The notes under the pieces are model-generated. The model made no database searches. It was given only the letters and a program-made list of their open reading frames with translations, and was not told the DNA's origin. Of a stretch of 64,000 nucleotides of DNA, positions 18,133 through 29,294 are shown piece after piece. Made by a program: the position numbers and the translations under genes. Source of the DNA: Candidatus Poribacteria bacterium (GTDB lineage Bacteria > Poribacteria > WGA-4E > WGA-3G); assembly GCA_965215265.1 (NCBI GenBank), contig OZ244048.1:3104001-3168000 (forward strand), read 5' to 3'. Each line of letters opens with the position of its first letter. Position 1 is the first letter of the stretch.

Positions 18133-20084
18133 TTAGTTTGTGGTATAAAACACCTTGTTCAGGACTTTATCTTCGTCGCTGACACCAAAATCTGCATCTT
18201 CTATTTCGGAAAGGTTAACATAGAGTTGATTCTTATCCAACAATGCCGCCAAGAGTTGCCGCTGTTTGTCCACATCATTGATGGCGATGAAATCTCGCAC
18301 CGCGGCTTCAGGGATTTGCGGATTGACATACCAGTTCAAGAATGAGTTTTCTGCGATGTTTCGCCAGAGTGTGACAAGTTCTTCAGCGGATTGTGCTGCT
18401 TGAATCTGTTCCATGAACACTTCATTGTATGGCATTAGTTCGCACGAGAGGAAAGCGTCTTGTGTTAACATCTCCTGTGCCATCACTTTCTCAATTCGCT
18501 CTTTACAAACGGTGACATGCTCTTCTAATTGTTCAACGAGGATAAATTGCCGCTCTACCCCCCCCCTACTTCATATTTGTTAAGTTCTAAGGCAGCATGC
18601 CCCGTCGTGCCAGAACCAGCGAAGAAGTCGAGGACAATATCGCCCGCATCAGTTGTGAGTTTCATGATGTCTAAAACAGTATATAGAGATTTGGGGTAAC
18701 TCATTGAATTCTCTTTACCAACAATATTTTCTAATAAAGTCGTCCCATGAGAGGTTGCGTTGTACTTTGGAGCTAACCAATGCGTGGTGATGATTTGTTG
18801 TTCCCTATATTTCCTATAAATCACAAGTTTCTCTGCCTCTCGCTTTATGACTATATCATTCTCGTGAAATCGTTTCATAAAGGTTTCCGGTATTGTGACC
18901 CAGGTCATTTCTCGCCCTGTGTTCGTTATTGGCAGGACTTCTTCGTAACCTTCTACTTTTTTCAATGATACCTTGGCGAGGTCTTTACTAACATAAATCG
19001 GGTACCAGTATTTGGGTTTATCTTCTCTTGTACAACCACCGCTTCCACCTTGAACCATGATGTAATTTTTTAAGTAATAATTGCCCTTCTCGTCTCTCAA
19101 ATTAAACTGCTTTTTTTTCTCTTCATCAATGACAATATTTTTTATGTTGTTTCCCAGGGTCTTTGTATAAATAAGCATGAATTCATTGCTAACCGAAAAG
19201 CCTTTATCCATATTACGGCCTCTCGCTTGATGAACAACTGAAACGACTGCCAACCTATTTTGCCTTCCGAAAACTTCATCAGCCAGCGAGCCTAAGTAAA
19301 AGAGTTCATGATGGTCAATTGCAATCGCGATAAACCCATCGGTCTTCAGCAATTCCTTTGCAATCTCCAATCTGTTTTTCATAAACGTTAGCCAAGTGGA
19401 GTGCTTAAAGGCGTTGTTGTAGGTAAAACTGTCTGCAGAGCCGCCCGTATTATACGGCGGATCTATGTAAATCAATTTTATCTTTCTCCGGAACTGTTGC
19501 TTCAAGCTATGCAGTGCCAATAGGTTGTTGCCTTTGATGATAAGGTTTTCCCGGATTGTGCCGTCCTCATCGCGTTTGATGGCGGACACCGGTTGTGTGC
19601 CGGCAGCCGTATGGCGTTTCCAATTCGTTAGCACTTTCGCATCCAAGAGGCGGTTGATTTCATCGTCGGCAAGGGTTTCATTGAAGAAAAGTTCCTGTCG
19701 TTTTTCCTCCTCGTGCGTCTGTCCCCCATCCAAGACGCAATCCTTATAGGGCCATGCGAGTGCGACTTCGCCGCGTTCTCGTAAGAACTTGTCATCAACG
19801 GTTAATCCGATTCTGTTTCGGAATCGGGTGTAAGAATCGCCAAAGAAATTTTTGTCGGAGATGTAGGTAATGAAGGTGTTGTAATTGAAAACATACCGCC
19901 CGTTGATTTCATCAAAGAATTTTTCCGCTATTTCCTTATCTGTCATCAACAGAGCAATCAAGCCGTGGTCGAGTTGCCAGGCGTGGTTTCTGACGGCGGC
20001 AGGGATGAGTTCCTCGGCACCGTCAACAAAACGCCGGTCAGTTTTGAGGAGGTTAATCAGTTTTTGGTTGAAGTTTGATGGCAT
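18133..20084 (-). CDS. mod: Type III R-M Mod-like N6-adenine methyltransferase, copy A, frameshifted at a G9 tract (18558-18566)
   Basis: NLIIKGNNL, IYIDPPY, central TRD, LDFFAGSGTT. Adding one G gives VGGGVERQFILVEQL..CKERIEKVM, joining ORF 18133..18486 (650 aa total). Confidence 0.85.
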
Positions 20085-20104
20085 AGTCGTCTCTTTTTTG
20101 TCGG

Positions 20105-22038
20105 TTATGTATAAAATTTCTGGTTCAGTGCCTTATCTTCGTCGCTGACACCAAAATCTGCATCTTCTATTTCGGAAAGGTTAACATAGAGTTGGTTCTT
20201 ATCCAACAATGCCGCCAAGAGTTGCTTCTGTTTGTCCACATTATTGATGGCGATGAAATCCCGCACCGCGGCTTCAGGGATTTGCGGATTGACATACCAG
20301 TTCAAGAATGAGTTTTCTGCGATGTTTCGCCAGAGTGTGACAAGTTCTTCAGCGGATTGCGCTGCTTGAATCTGTTCCATAAACGCCTCGTTGTATGGCA
20401 TTAGTTCGCACGAGAGGAAAGCGTCTTGTGTTAACATCTCCTGTGCCATCACTTTCTCAATCCGCTCTTTACAAACGGTGACATGCTCTTCTAATTGTTC
20501 AACAAGGATAAATTGCCGCTCTACCCCCCCCCTACTTCATATTTGTTAAGTTCGAGCACTGCGTGTCCTGTCGTGCCGGAGCCGGCGAAAAAGTCCAGGA
20601 TGATGTCGTCTTTATCCGTTGTAATTTTTATAATGTCCATAACTGTGTACAGAGATTTTGGATAGGCTACACCTTTTCTACCGATAATTTTCTCTAAAAG
20701 TTTTGTACCGTGTGTTATCGCATTATACTTTTTTTCTACCCAGTGTGTTGTAAACACTTCAACTTCCCTGACTTTGTAGAAAATCCTTATTTCACCACGC
20801 TGATTTTTCTCAGCCACAATTTCGTTATTCCTGACTCGTTGAAAAAAACTTTCTGGCTTTAGAAACCAGATCCTTTCGATACTCTTACTGATTGGTAAAA
20901 TTTCATGATAATCTTCCTGCTCTGTTAATGAAATATCTTTTAAATCCTCGCTGACATAGATAGGATAAAATAGGTGCGGTTTGTCCTTACGGAATCCTTC
21001 TCCTCTGATAAACGACCTAAGTTTATAATTTCCCTTTTCATCTTTCATATTAAAAGATGCTTTTTTGTTTTCTGAAATGAGCACTTTCCTAAAATTGGCG
21101 TAGTTCTTATCTTTGGCATAAACAAGCATAAATTCATTACTGGTGCCGAAAAATTTTTCCTGACTTCTGCCTTCTGGCTTGTGAACCACGGAGATTACCC
21201 CCAACCTATTCTCTCTTCCGAAAATTTCATCGGTTAGTGTGCCTAAATAAAAGAGCTCATGGTGATCGATTGCAATCGCGATAAACCCATCAGTTGTTAG
21301 CAATTCCTTCACAGCCGCCAAACGGTTTTTCATAAAGGTGAGCCAGGTGGAGTGATTAAAAGCGTTGTTGTAGGTAAAACTGTCTGCAGAGCCGCCCGTA
21401 TTATACGGTGGATCTATGTAAATAAGTTTAACCTTGCCGCGGAACTGCTGTTTGAGGGAATGCAATGCAATGAGATTATTTCCCTTGATGATAAGATTTT
21501 CCCGGATTGTGCCGTCCTCATCGCGTTTGATGGCGGACACCGGTTGTATGCCGGCAGCCGTGTGGCGTTTCCAATTTGTTAGCACCTTCGCATCTAAGAG
21601 GCGGTTGATTTCATCGTCGGCAAGGGTTTCATTGAAGAAAAGTTCCTGTCGTTTTTCCTCCTCGTGCGTCTGTCCTCCCTCCAAGACGCAATCCTTATAG
21701 GGCCATGCGAGTGCGACTTCGCCGCGTTCTCGTAGGAACTTGTCATCAACGGTTAATCCGATTCTGTTTCGGAATCGGGTGTAAGAGTCACTAAAGAAGT
21801 TTTTGTCGGAGATGTAGGTAATGAAGGTGTTATAGTTGAATATCCAGTGCCCCTCGATTTCCTCGAAGAACTTTGCTTTTATCTCCGGATCGGTGAGGAG
21901 GAGTTTGATGAGGTCGTGACTGAGTCGCCAAGCGTGGTCTTTGACTGCGGCGGGTATGAGTGCCCCAGTATCGTCAATGAAACGCGGTACTGTTTTCAGT
22001 AAGGCGATGAGTTTCACATGGAAATTTTCTTTGGGCAT
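20105..22038 (-). CDS. mod: Type III R-M Mod-like N6-adenine methyltransferase, copy B, frameshifted at a G9 tract (20524-20532)
   Basis: Same motifs and same G9-TAG junction as copy A; adding one G joins ORF 20105..20452 (644 aa total). The central TRD differs from copy A. Confidence 0.85.
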
Positions 22039-22114
22039 AACGGATGTAACCTCTGTAACGCTTGACGAAGGGATGGTTCGAACTAGTTTCTTCGTTTAAC
22101 TTCAGGATGTTGTT

Positions 22115-22143
22115 AGTATATCAGATGGCGGACGAGAAGTCAA
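22115..22143 (-). promoter_or_regulatory. sigma70-type promoter for the mod pair
   Basis: TTGACT-17 nt-TATACT on the minus strand. Confidence 0.55.
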
Positions 22144-22241
22144 GAAAGAAACCTATCTCCGGACACCTCTGAAAACGCCCCCGACTTTTCAAAGGAATCT
22201 CGCGTGTGCTTTTAGGGTGAAATAGATAATTACTAATACAC

Positions 22242-23705
22242 TTAACGGTTAAAAAATTTTCGCAAGGTTTGAATTAATGACCCTTCAGAGAGCCATTTTG
22301 CGGCTATACGCCATACACTGCTTGAATATGTGGGGTAGACGTGAATTGTAGTGCTTAACTTCCGGAGCGGCATTCCGTGCTGCATCGCTAAGACGTATTC
22401 ATGGATAACCTCGCCTGCATTCGCTCCGACGAGGTGTACGCCGAGAATTTTTCCTTTCCACTTACTAGCGATGACTTTGTTAAAGCCGCGGGTTGCTCCG
22501 TCTGCGACTGCCCTGTCGACATCATGCTGTGCGAGTGTGAAAACATCGACATCGCCATATTTATCTCGTGCTTCTGCTTCCGTTAGACCGCAGCGTGCAA
22601 CCTCCGGATCGCAGAACGTCGTCCACGGCACAACGGAATAGTTAATCCGTTGTGAGAAAGGGAAGAAAATATTCCGAACGATGAGCTGCGCTTGAAAAGC
22701 GGCAACATGTGTGAACAGGTAATGCCCGATGACATCTCCAGCAGCATAGATATTTTTAACGCTGGTTTGGAGTTTGTTGTTAACTTGAATGCCGCGTTTG
22801 GTGACATGCAAGCCGAGGTTTTCAAGTCCTAAGCCTTCAACGTTTGGTGTGCGCCCGGTGCAGATTAATATCTTGTCAAAAAGTTCTTGCGAGGCGTTAT
22901 TTCTGGCGGTTCCATCGGCAGGGGACGTGGGTTTGAATGTAACACTTGCTGCTCCATCTGGACCGTTGCTGATTTCCGTGAGGACTGTATTAAGCCGGAA
23001 GGTGATACCGTCTTCGCTGAGATATTTCAGCATTTGCTCAGAGACATCTGCATCCTCTTTGGTAAGGATGTGACTGCTCCGTTGCGCGACCGTGACTTCT
23101 GCGCCTAGACGGTGAAATGCTTGTCCTAGTTCAATACCTATCGGTCCGGCTCCAACAACAAGCAGGCGTTTCGGTAGTTCCTCCAGTTCCCAAACCGTTT
23201 CACTATCGAGATAGTCACAAGTTTCCAATCCAGGGATAGGAGGTGCTGCTGGCCGCGAACCGGTACTGATCACAAACTTCTTGCTTGTGAGTGAACGTGT
23301 TTCTCCTGTCTCAGTATTCTGTACAATGAAAGTGTCAGGTGCCTCAAAATGTCCATTGCCGAAGATGACATCAACCCCGAGTTCTCGGAACCGTTCAGGG
23401 TTATCATGCTCATTTTCTATTATCTGTTGTGTGCTTCGCACGTACGCCATAGCGTCGGGGAAGATCGGTTTAAAACCGTTGGTAGTGATGCCGTATTTCT
23501 GAGCGTACTTGATTTGATTTGCGAGTTTCGCGACTTTGAGGAGTGCCTTGGACGGTACACACCCTGTCCAGAGGCAGTCCCCCCCAATGCGATGCTTCTC
23601 GACTAGGGCGGTTTTTTTGCCCAACTTTGCCCCAGCGACTGCTAATACGAGCCCCGCACTCCCCCCACCAATAATTGTCAAATCGTAGTTATTTACGGTC
23701 TTCAT
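22242..23705 (-). CDS. Class I pyridine nucleotide-disulfide oxidoreductase (dihydrolipoamide dehydrogenase/mercuric reductase-like)
   Basis: IIGGGSAG, GGDCLWTGCVPSK, VVGAGPIGIE, IYAAGD, HVYPT; no C-terminal Cys pair, so not a true MerA. Confidence 0.88.
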   Translation of the reverse strand: MKTVNNYDLTIIGGGSAGLVLAVAGAKLGKKTALVEKHRIGGDCLWTGCVPSKALLKVAKLANQIKYAQKYGITTNGFKPIFPDAMAYVRSTQQIIENEHDNPERFRELGVDVIFGNGHFEAPDTFIVQNTETGETRSLTSKKFVISTGSRPAAPPIPGLETCDYLDSETVWELEELPKRLLVVGAGPIGIELGQAFHRLGAEVTVAQRSSHILTKEDADVSEQMLKYLSEDGITFRLNTVLTEISNGPDGAASVTFKPTSPADGTARNNASQELFDKILICTGRTPNVEGLGLENLGLHVTKRGIQVNNKLQTSVKNIYAAGDVIGHYLFTHVAAFQAQLIVRNIFFPFSQRINYSVVPWTTFCDPEVARCGLTEAEARDKYGDVDVFTLAQHDVDRAVADGATRGFNKVIASKWKGKILGVHLVGANAGEVIHEYVLAMQHGMPLRKLSTTIHVYPTYSSSVWRIAAKWLSEGSLIQTLRKFFNR

Positions 23706-23748
23706 AAGAGGCCCTTGATGAAATCTATTGCCTGCAACAAATAAGTGT

Positions 23749-25308
23749 CTACCTTGTTTTGCGTAGGACGCGCCCCGGCAGTGCGCCTGTGGAATGGCTC
23801 TGCTCAACAACGGGGGTGCCATTAACGAATACCCATTCTACTCCCACGGGTGCTTGTATCGGATTGAACCAAGTGGAACGGTCTGCGACGGTTTCTGGAT
23901 TGAAGATGACGATGTCGGCTGCAAGTCCTATAGCGATTCTGCCTCGGTCGTTGAGGCGGAACCTTTCGGCCGGGAAGCCGCTCATCTTATAGATTGCTTC
24001 TTTCAACGGAACTAATTGGCGTTCTCGGACAAATTTGCCGAGGTATTGCACAAAACAGCCGTAGCTCCGCGGATGTGGATGTGGGATGTTGTAAACGCCA
24101 TCGCTTGCAATCATCATGCGCGGATGACTTGCGGTTTTGTTTAAAATGCGTTCATTTTCTTCTTCGGTTGTTGACCACGGCATCACAAAGGTTTCAATGG
24201 CGGCTTCTTCACGAATAAGGTCAAAGGCGAATTCTTCAAAGGATTTTCCTTGATTTCCGTTGCGGCTCACGGCTTCAGTTAGAGTCATCCCGATAAAGCG
24301 TCCGGAGCGCGTGTAGCCAACGATTTGGTTGCCGTGTCCTAATTCTTTTCGGAGGTAGACGATGGATTTTTGTCGCACATCCGGTTTTTCTAAGTTTGCT
24401 AACATCTCTATGGGGGCACCAGTCTGAAATTCCATCGGTAGCATCATTGCAAGGTGTGTCATGCCTGCAGGGTACAGGTAGGATTCAAACGTCAAGTCAA
24501 TGTCTTCCTGTTCTACACGTTCAAGGATTTCTTCTGCTTCTGCATCTACCCGTTCGTGTGAAATATGCACTGGAATTTCGGCGCGTTGTGCAATATCAAT
24601 TATTTCTTCCCATGCCCGTTTTCTACCGAGGAGTCGGTATCGGATGTGTGCTGCATAAATTGCGTCGTAAGTGGATGCAATTTTTGAAAGAGAGACCAGT
24701 TCGCGTAAATCGGCATTCGCAGAAGGTTGATAATCAAGTCCTAAACAGAGACAACACGCACCGGCATCAAGCCATTCGTGGGTGGTGCGTGCCATAGTCT
24801 TCAATTCATCAGTTGTTGCGGGGCGTGCCTCCCATCCCATTGCCCCGAGGCGTACTGCACAATGTGGGACCTGCGGATAAAGATTGGCTGGGATTTGCCC
24901 GTGGAAGAGAGAAAGGTAGGCCTCAGGGGTTTGCCAATTCAGGGAGAGTTTGGCATCCCCGTAAGCAAATTGAGTATAGTGCCACAATTCTCGTGCGCGT
25001 TCTGCAGGGAGGGGTGCCCAGCCAAAACCGTCTGGTGAGGCTAAATGTGTAGTCACGCCTTGGCTCACAGTCGCGAACTGATCGCGTCCTCCCAGGAGCG
25101 CAATTTCGGAGTGGACATGCACATCAATGAACCCGGGACAAACGACTCTATTCTTTGCAGATATCCGCCGCGGTGTTTCTGCTTTCTCCAATTTACCGAT
25201 GGCGGCGATGTTATCCCCATCAATTCCTACGTCTCCCACGAACGGTTCTCGTTTACCGGTGCCATCAACGATGGTCCCGCCTTCAATTATTAGATCAAAG
25301 CTCATCAC
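23749..25308 (-). CDS. N-acyl-D-amino-acid deacylase family amidohydrolase
   Basis: GGTIVDGTG, PGFIDVHVHSE, QGVTT, ASDG..PHPRSYGCF, DRGRIAIGLAADIVIF. Confidence 0.9.
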   Translation of the reverse strand: MMSFDLIIEGGTIVDGTGKREPFVGDVGIDGDNIAAIGKLEKAETPRRISAKNRVVCPGFIDVHVHSEIALLGGRDQFATVSQGVTTHLASPDGFGWAPLPAERARELWHYTQFAYGDAKLSLNWQTPEAYLSLFHGQIPANLYPQVPHCAVRLGAMGWEARPATTDELKTMARTTHEWLDAGACCLCLGLDYQPSANADLRELVSLSKIASTYDAIYAAHIRYRLLGRKRAWEEIIDIAQRAEIPVHISHERVDAEAEEILERVEQEDIDLTFESYLYPAGMTHLAMMLPMEFQTGAPIEMLANLEKPDVRQKSIVYLRKELGHGNQIVGYTRSGRFIGMTLTEAVSRNGNQGKSFEEFAFDLIREEAAIETFVMPWSTTEEENERILNKTASHPRMMIASDGVYNIPHPHPRSYGCFVQYLGKFVRERQLVPLKEAIYKMSGFPAERFRLNDRGRIAIGLAADIVIFNPETVADRSTWFNPIQAPVGVEWVFVNGTPVVEQSHSTGALPGRVLRKTR

Positions 25309-25418
25309 AGCCTCCTTTAAATTCCGTTAGGAACGTGCTGTTTATAGGTTAACATCAGAAGTAAGTTATGTCAAGAAAAAACAGAGCGCGCAATGGTATA
25401 TTGCGAATTGTTTTTTTC

Positions 25419-25447
25419 TTGAAAAAAAGAGTGGGCTCTGGTATAAT
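25419..25447 (+). promoter_or_regulatory. sigma70-type promoter
   Basis: TTGAAA-17 nt spacer (with TG)-TATAAT. Confidence 0.6.
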
Positions 25448-25494
25448 AAAATTTTAGGATTCATAGATGAGCGATGGGCATAGGAGGATAACTC

Positions 25495-25950
25495 ATGCGG
25501 CAATCTTACACGATGATTGTAGGGATAATCTTGCTGGGACTCATGATTGGCTTGAACGGTTGCGAAGATTCGGCTTCCGGTGGCAGCGGTTTAACTGATG
25601 TCGGCAGGGCAGAACCGACCATTGTCGATTCTGTCTTGGCGATTAACGTTTTTGAGGAACGCCCAGATGGGATTAGAGACAATTTTTTCGCAGAGGTCAA
25701 TGAAGAAATTTTTTTGTGGATTTTATGGAACAATATTGAGGAATCTCACAAGGTTAAGGTGTCATGGTTTTCACCGGAGGGTGACTTGGACGATCCGCCG
25801 TACTGGGAAGCGGAGCAGACTTTCACCTCAACAACCGGCGAAAAAATCACATGGTTCTACATTGAAAACCCAGGGGATCTAGGCGAGTGGTTTGTTGAAA
25901 TCTACTTGGATGGCCTCTTTGAACGGAGTCATATTTTCTGGGTAGAATAG
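25495..25950 (+). CDS. Hypothetical lipoprotein (Ig-like fold likely)
   Basis: AGGAGG RBS, lipobox LNGC, W..P.G and G.W.VEIY patterns. Confidence 0.75.
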   Translation: MRQSYTMIVGIILLGLMIGLNGCEDSASGGSGLTDVGRAEPTIVDSVLAINVFEERPDGIRDNFFAEVNEEIFLWILWNNIEESHKVKVSWFSPEGDLDDPPYWEAEQTFTSTTGEKITWFYIENPGDLGEWFVEIYLDGLFERSHIFWVE

Positions 25951-26084
25951 AGACACGGCACGTTGCAGAATTGTAAGAGCGGTCCGAATTGCGATACAAT
26001 GCAACAGTTTGTGTGTCCGAGTGCAGTGTCTTTAACGAGTTCGGCATCAGAAAAACTACGGTTGTGTTAAATATTGGAGCCCTC

Positions 26085-27170
26085 ATGGATAAACTCAAAA
26101 TCGCGCATATTGGGACTGGGAGACGTGGTGCAGGCACCTATTTGCCTATTATTTCAAAATTGACAGCAGACCTGGAGCTCGTTGCTGTTTGTGACACGCG
26201 GGAAGAGAGTGCCACCGAACAGGGTGAAAAGTACAATGTCCCTGCTTATACAGATACTGCGCAAATGTTGGACACAGTAAAACCCGATATCTGTGCCATT
26301 GTGATTACACCCAGCAACAATCACATTCCCGGGCTGCTCTGTTCTGAGCGGGGTGTCAGTTATTGCACGGAAACGCCGATTGATACGGACCTCGGGTGGG
26401 CAGATAAGATGATTGAATCTGCAGAGGCACACGGCACAAAATTAGAGGTGAATGAAAATTATTACCGGGTGCCGACTGAACGGATAAAACGAGAGATGAT
26501 TCTTGCTGGTGTTTTCGGAAAAGTTAACGCTGCTTACAACGATTTCCGTGGACACGGTTACCACGGCATCAGCCTCATCCGGAGTTATGTCGGCTTTGAT
26601 AATGAACCGCTGCAGGTTTATGGATTCAGGAAAAACTATGCTGTGCAGAATCATGTCTGGAGACAAGGGCAGCCGCCGCGTGACGCTGAGGATTGGCAGC
26701 ATGCTGTGATTGAGTTTGCAGATGGCGCAGTCGGGATTTTTAATTTCAGTAGTCTCTCGTACGGCTCGCCTCTGCGCGGCTTTAACGGCTCGAAGTTTTA
26801 CGCTGAGTGCGGGATGTGCTTCCGAAATGAAGCTGTGATACTGACAGAGACTGCTGATGCACAGCGAAAGATTAACATCTCCCGTAGAACGAATAATGTC
26901 GACGGTTATCAAACGCTTGCAGCACTTGTAGCCGACACGCAACCCGAAGTAGTGTGGGAAAACCCTTTGCAACATTACCCACTCAGCGATGGCGAAATCA
27001 CTGTAGCATCAGAACTGATGAGTCTAGTCAACGCTGTCCGAAACAATACGGAACCCGAGTACGGCCCGTACAACGGTCGCAAAGACCGGGAAATTGATGT
27101 CGCTATGGCCCGTTCTTGGGCAAACAACGGCATTCCTGTTAGTTTTCCATTGGAATATCAGAAACGGTGA
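26085..27170 (+). CDS. Gfo/Idh/MocA family oxidoreductase
   Basis: KLKIAHIGTGRRG, LVAVCD, CTETP (EKP-like); GGAG RBS before MDKLK. Confidence 0.85.
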   Translation: MDKLKIAHIGTGRRGAGTYLPIISKLTADLELVAVCDTREESATEQGEKYNVPAYTDTAQMLDTVKPDICAIVITPSNNHIPGLLCSERGVSYCTETPIDTDLGWADKMIESAEAHGTKLEVNENYYRVPTERIKREMILAGVFGKVNAAYNDFRGHGYHGISLIRSYVGFDNEPLQVYGFRKNYAVQNHVWRQGQPPRDAEDWQHAVIEFADGAVGIFNFSSLSYGSPLRGFNGSKFYAECGMCFRNEAVILTETADAQRKINISRRTNNVDGYQTLAALVADTQPEVVWENPLQHYPLSDGEITVASELMSLVNAVRNNTEPEYGPYNGRKDREIDVAMARSWANNGIPVSFPLEYQKR

Positions 27171-27205
27171 AACTTCATTTCAATGAGCATAAAGGAATAT
27201 ATACT

Positions 27206-28180
27206 ATGCGAGAATTACATCAAAAACCGCCCACGAGATCTAAATCTTGGCGCTATCGTGTCCGAAATCAGAACGGCCGGAACCGGACAAAGTTTAGCCT
27301 GCTTATCGCCGTTTTATTAGTTTTTGGATTAAGCACGACATCGATGAGCAATGAATGGGCAAATTACTACTTTCCAGATGCACTTGACAGTTTCTGGGTT
27401 TATGAAGACCAGGATGGTGAAGAATTAACCCGTTACGCGATTGAACCCGAAGAGATGGACGGCGAAACCTATCGCGCCTTCAGTTACTCACCGAGATTAG
27501 AAGATTGGGCAGAGTATGAATATTCGGTTAGACCTTATTTCTACCAAGTTAGTGACGAGTGGATTGCGTTTTCCGTCGGCAGGGAGGTTGAAAACGCGTT
27601 AAAGGCTGCTACGACAAAACAGTTGGAAGAAGGCATTGCGGTTATGCGCGAGGCTATGAGTAGTCAAGGACTTCCAGACGGAGTGTCCATCGACTTTGAC
27701 TATGACATTCAAGTGGGTGCCCAAGATTATTTCTATTTTCTGCCAACACCTGCAACTTTCAATGAAGAGTGGCAGGCAATGCAATTGAATCTTACTATAA
27801 CCATGACAATTGAAATTCAGGGCTTGCCTTTTGAGGTGCCGGAGGCGAATCAAACCGTTAAAACCTACCTTACAGTCGTAGAAACTGGCAACGTTGTTAG
27901 CACTGAGGCTGTTGATACAGTGGCTGGTACGTTTGAAGACTGTTTGAAAATAGAATTTCAAACAGAGACATCAACAGATATAGAACTCCCGCCTGAACTG
28001 CAAGCACAAGGATCTGCTTTGCTGGGCGAACAACAAACCGATGAATCTTTAACAACTCTCTGGTTAGCGCCAAACGTCGGCATTGTTAAATGGATGCACG
28101 AACATGAACAGTCCGATGAAGAGAGAAGTTTGGAATTAATTCAGTACGAAATTAATTCCACCGAATCGGAAAGCAATTAA
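27206..28180 (+). CDS. Hypothetical exported protein
   Basis: Hydrophobic signal-like segment, [30 protein letters not shown]. Confidence 0.75.
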   Translation: MRELHQKPPTRSKSWRYRVRNQNGRNRTKFSLLIAVLLVFGLSTTSMSNEWANYYFPDALDSFWVYEDQDGEELTRYAIEPEEMDGETYRAFSYSPRLEDWAEYEYSVRPYFYQVSDEWIAFSVGREVENALKAATTKQLEEGIAVMREAMSSQGLPDGVSIDFDYDIQVGAQDYFYFLPTPATFNEEWQAMQLNLTITMTIEIQGLPFEVPEANQTVKTYLTVVETGNVVSTEAVDTVAGTFEDCLKIEFQTETSTDIELPPELQAQGSALLGEQQTDESLTTLWLAPNVGIVKWMHEHEQSDEERSLELIQYEINSTESESN

Positions 28181-28187
28181 CAGTAGC

Positions 28188-29243
28188 GTGCTGAACTTGA
28201 CACGGAATGAAGCGAATATGAAATCGGACCCGTTGATGTTGCAGGCGAATGAAAGTCGTCTGCCGCTCGCAAATATAAATTATAAAGTGCGTCCGCGGCG
28301 GCTTCGTGCAGATGAAAACCTACGCCGTCTTGTACGAGAAACCGTCCTCTCCGTCGATGATCTCATTTATCCGATGTTCGTTGTTCATGGATACAACATC
28401 AAAACTGAAATCTCGTCGATGCCAGGCTGTTATCAATATTCGGTTGATAATCTGGTAATTGCGGCGAAAGAGTTAGCAGCCTTGGGCATTCCCGCTACAA
28501 TCTTGTTCGGGATTCCAGAGACGAAAGACCCGTTTGGCTCTGAGGCATACGCTGACGATGGCATTATTCAACGAGCTGTGGCTGCGCTAAAAGAGGCGGT
28601 GCCTGAGTTGCTTGTGATGACTGATGTCTGTCTCTGTGAATATACTGACCACGGCCATTGCGGTATCGTTGAAGCGGGGGAAGTGCAGAATGATCCAACG
28701 GTGGCGCTTCTTGTGAAAGAGAGCCTGTCGCATGCACGTGCTGGTGCAGATGTCATCGCGCCTTCCGATATGATGGATGGACGTGTCGGTGCAATTCGCG
28801 AGGCATTGGACCAAGAAGGCTACCAAAATATTTCGATTATGGCATATTCTGCTAAATATGCGTCAGCTTTCTATGGCCCCTTTCGCGAAGCTGCGGAATC
28901 CGCGCCACAGTTTGGAGATAGACGTTCCTATCAGATGGATGCGGCAAATGCTGAGGAAGCGTTACGGGAAGTTGCCTTGGATATTGAAGAGGGGGCGGAT
29001 ATTCTGATGGTGAAACCAGCACTCGCCTATCTTGATATCATCCATCGCGTGAAGACTGAATTTCAGGTGCCTGTCGCTGCTTACAACGTCAGCGGCGAAT
29101 ACGCAATGATTAAAGCAGCTGCACAGAACGGCTGGCTTGACGAACAGCAGGTCGCTCTGGAAGCTTTAACCTGCATTAAACGGGCCGGGGCCGACATGAT
29201 CTTGACCTATTTTGCGAAGTCTGCCGTTGAATGGCTTTCGTAA
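28188..29243 (+). CDS. hemB: Porphobilinogen synthase
   Basis: [41 protein letters not shown]; exact start uncertain. Confidence 0.97.
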   Translation: MLNLTRNEANMKSDPLMLQANESRLPLANINYKVRPRRLRADENLRRLVRETVLSVDDLIYPMFVVHGYNIKTEISSMPGCYQYSVDNLVIAAKELAALGIPATILFGIPETKDPFGSEAYADDGIIQRAVAALKEAVPELLVMTDVCLCEYTDHGHCGIVEAGEVQNDPTVALLVKESLSHARAGADVIAPSDMMDGRVGAIREALDQEGYQNISIMAYSAKYASAFYGPFREAAESAPQFGDRRSYQMDAANAEEALREVALDIEEGADILMVKPALAYLDIIHRVKTEFQVPVAAYNVSGEYAMIKAAAQNGWLDEQQVALEALTCIKRAGADMILTYFAKSAVEWLS

Positions 29244-29294
29244 AGGAGCCTACGGTTCTATCCACTTTAATGGAGAAAAAAAGGATATACAAAA

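Noticed and set aside
18133-18486. ORFs 18133..18486 and 20105..20452 as independent small genes
   Set aside because: They are the C-terminal continuations of the Mod proteins beyond the G9 tract.
18555-18557. TAG readthrough (pyrrolysine) in the mod genes
   Set aside because: The same frame hits another TAG nine codons later; the conserved sequence continues in the -1 frame.
22242-23705. Mercuric reductase MerA
   Set aside because: No C-terminal Cys-Cys pair, no NmerA domain and no mer operon.
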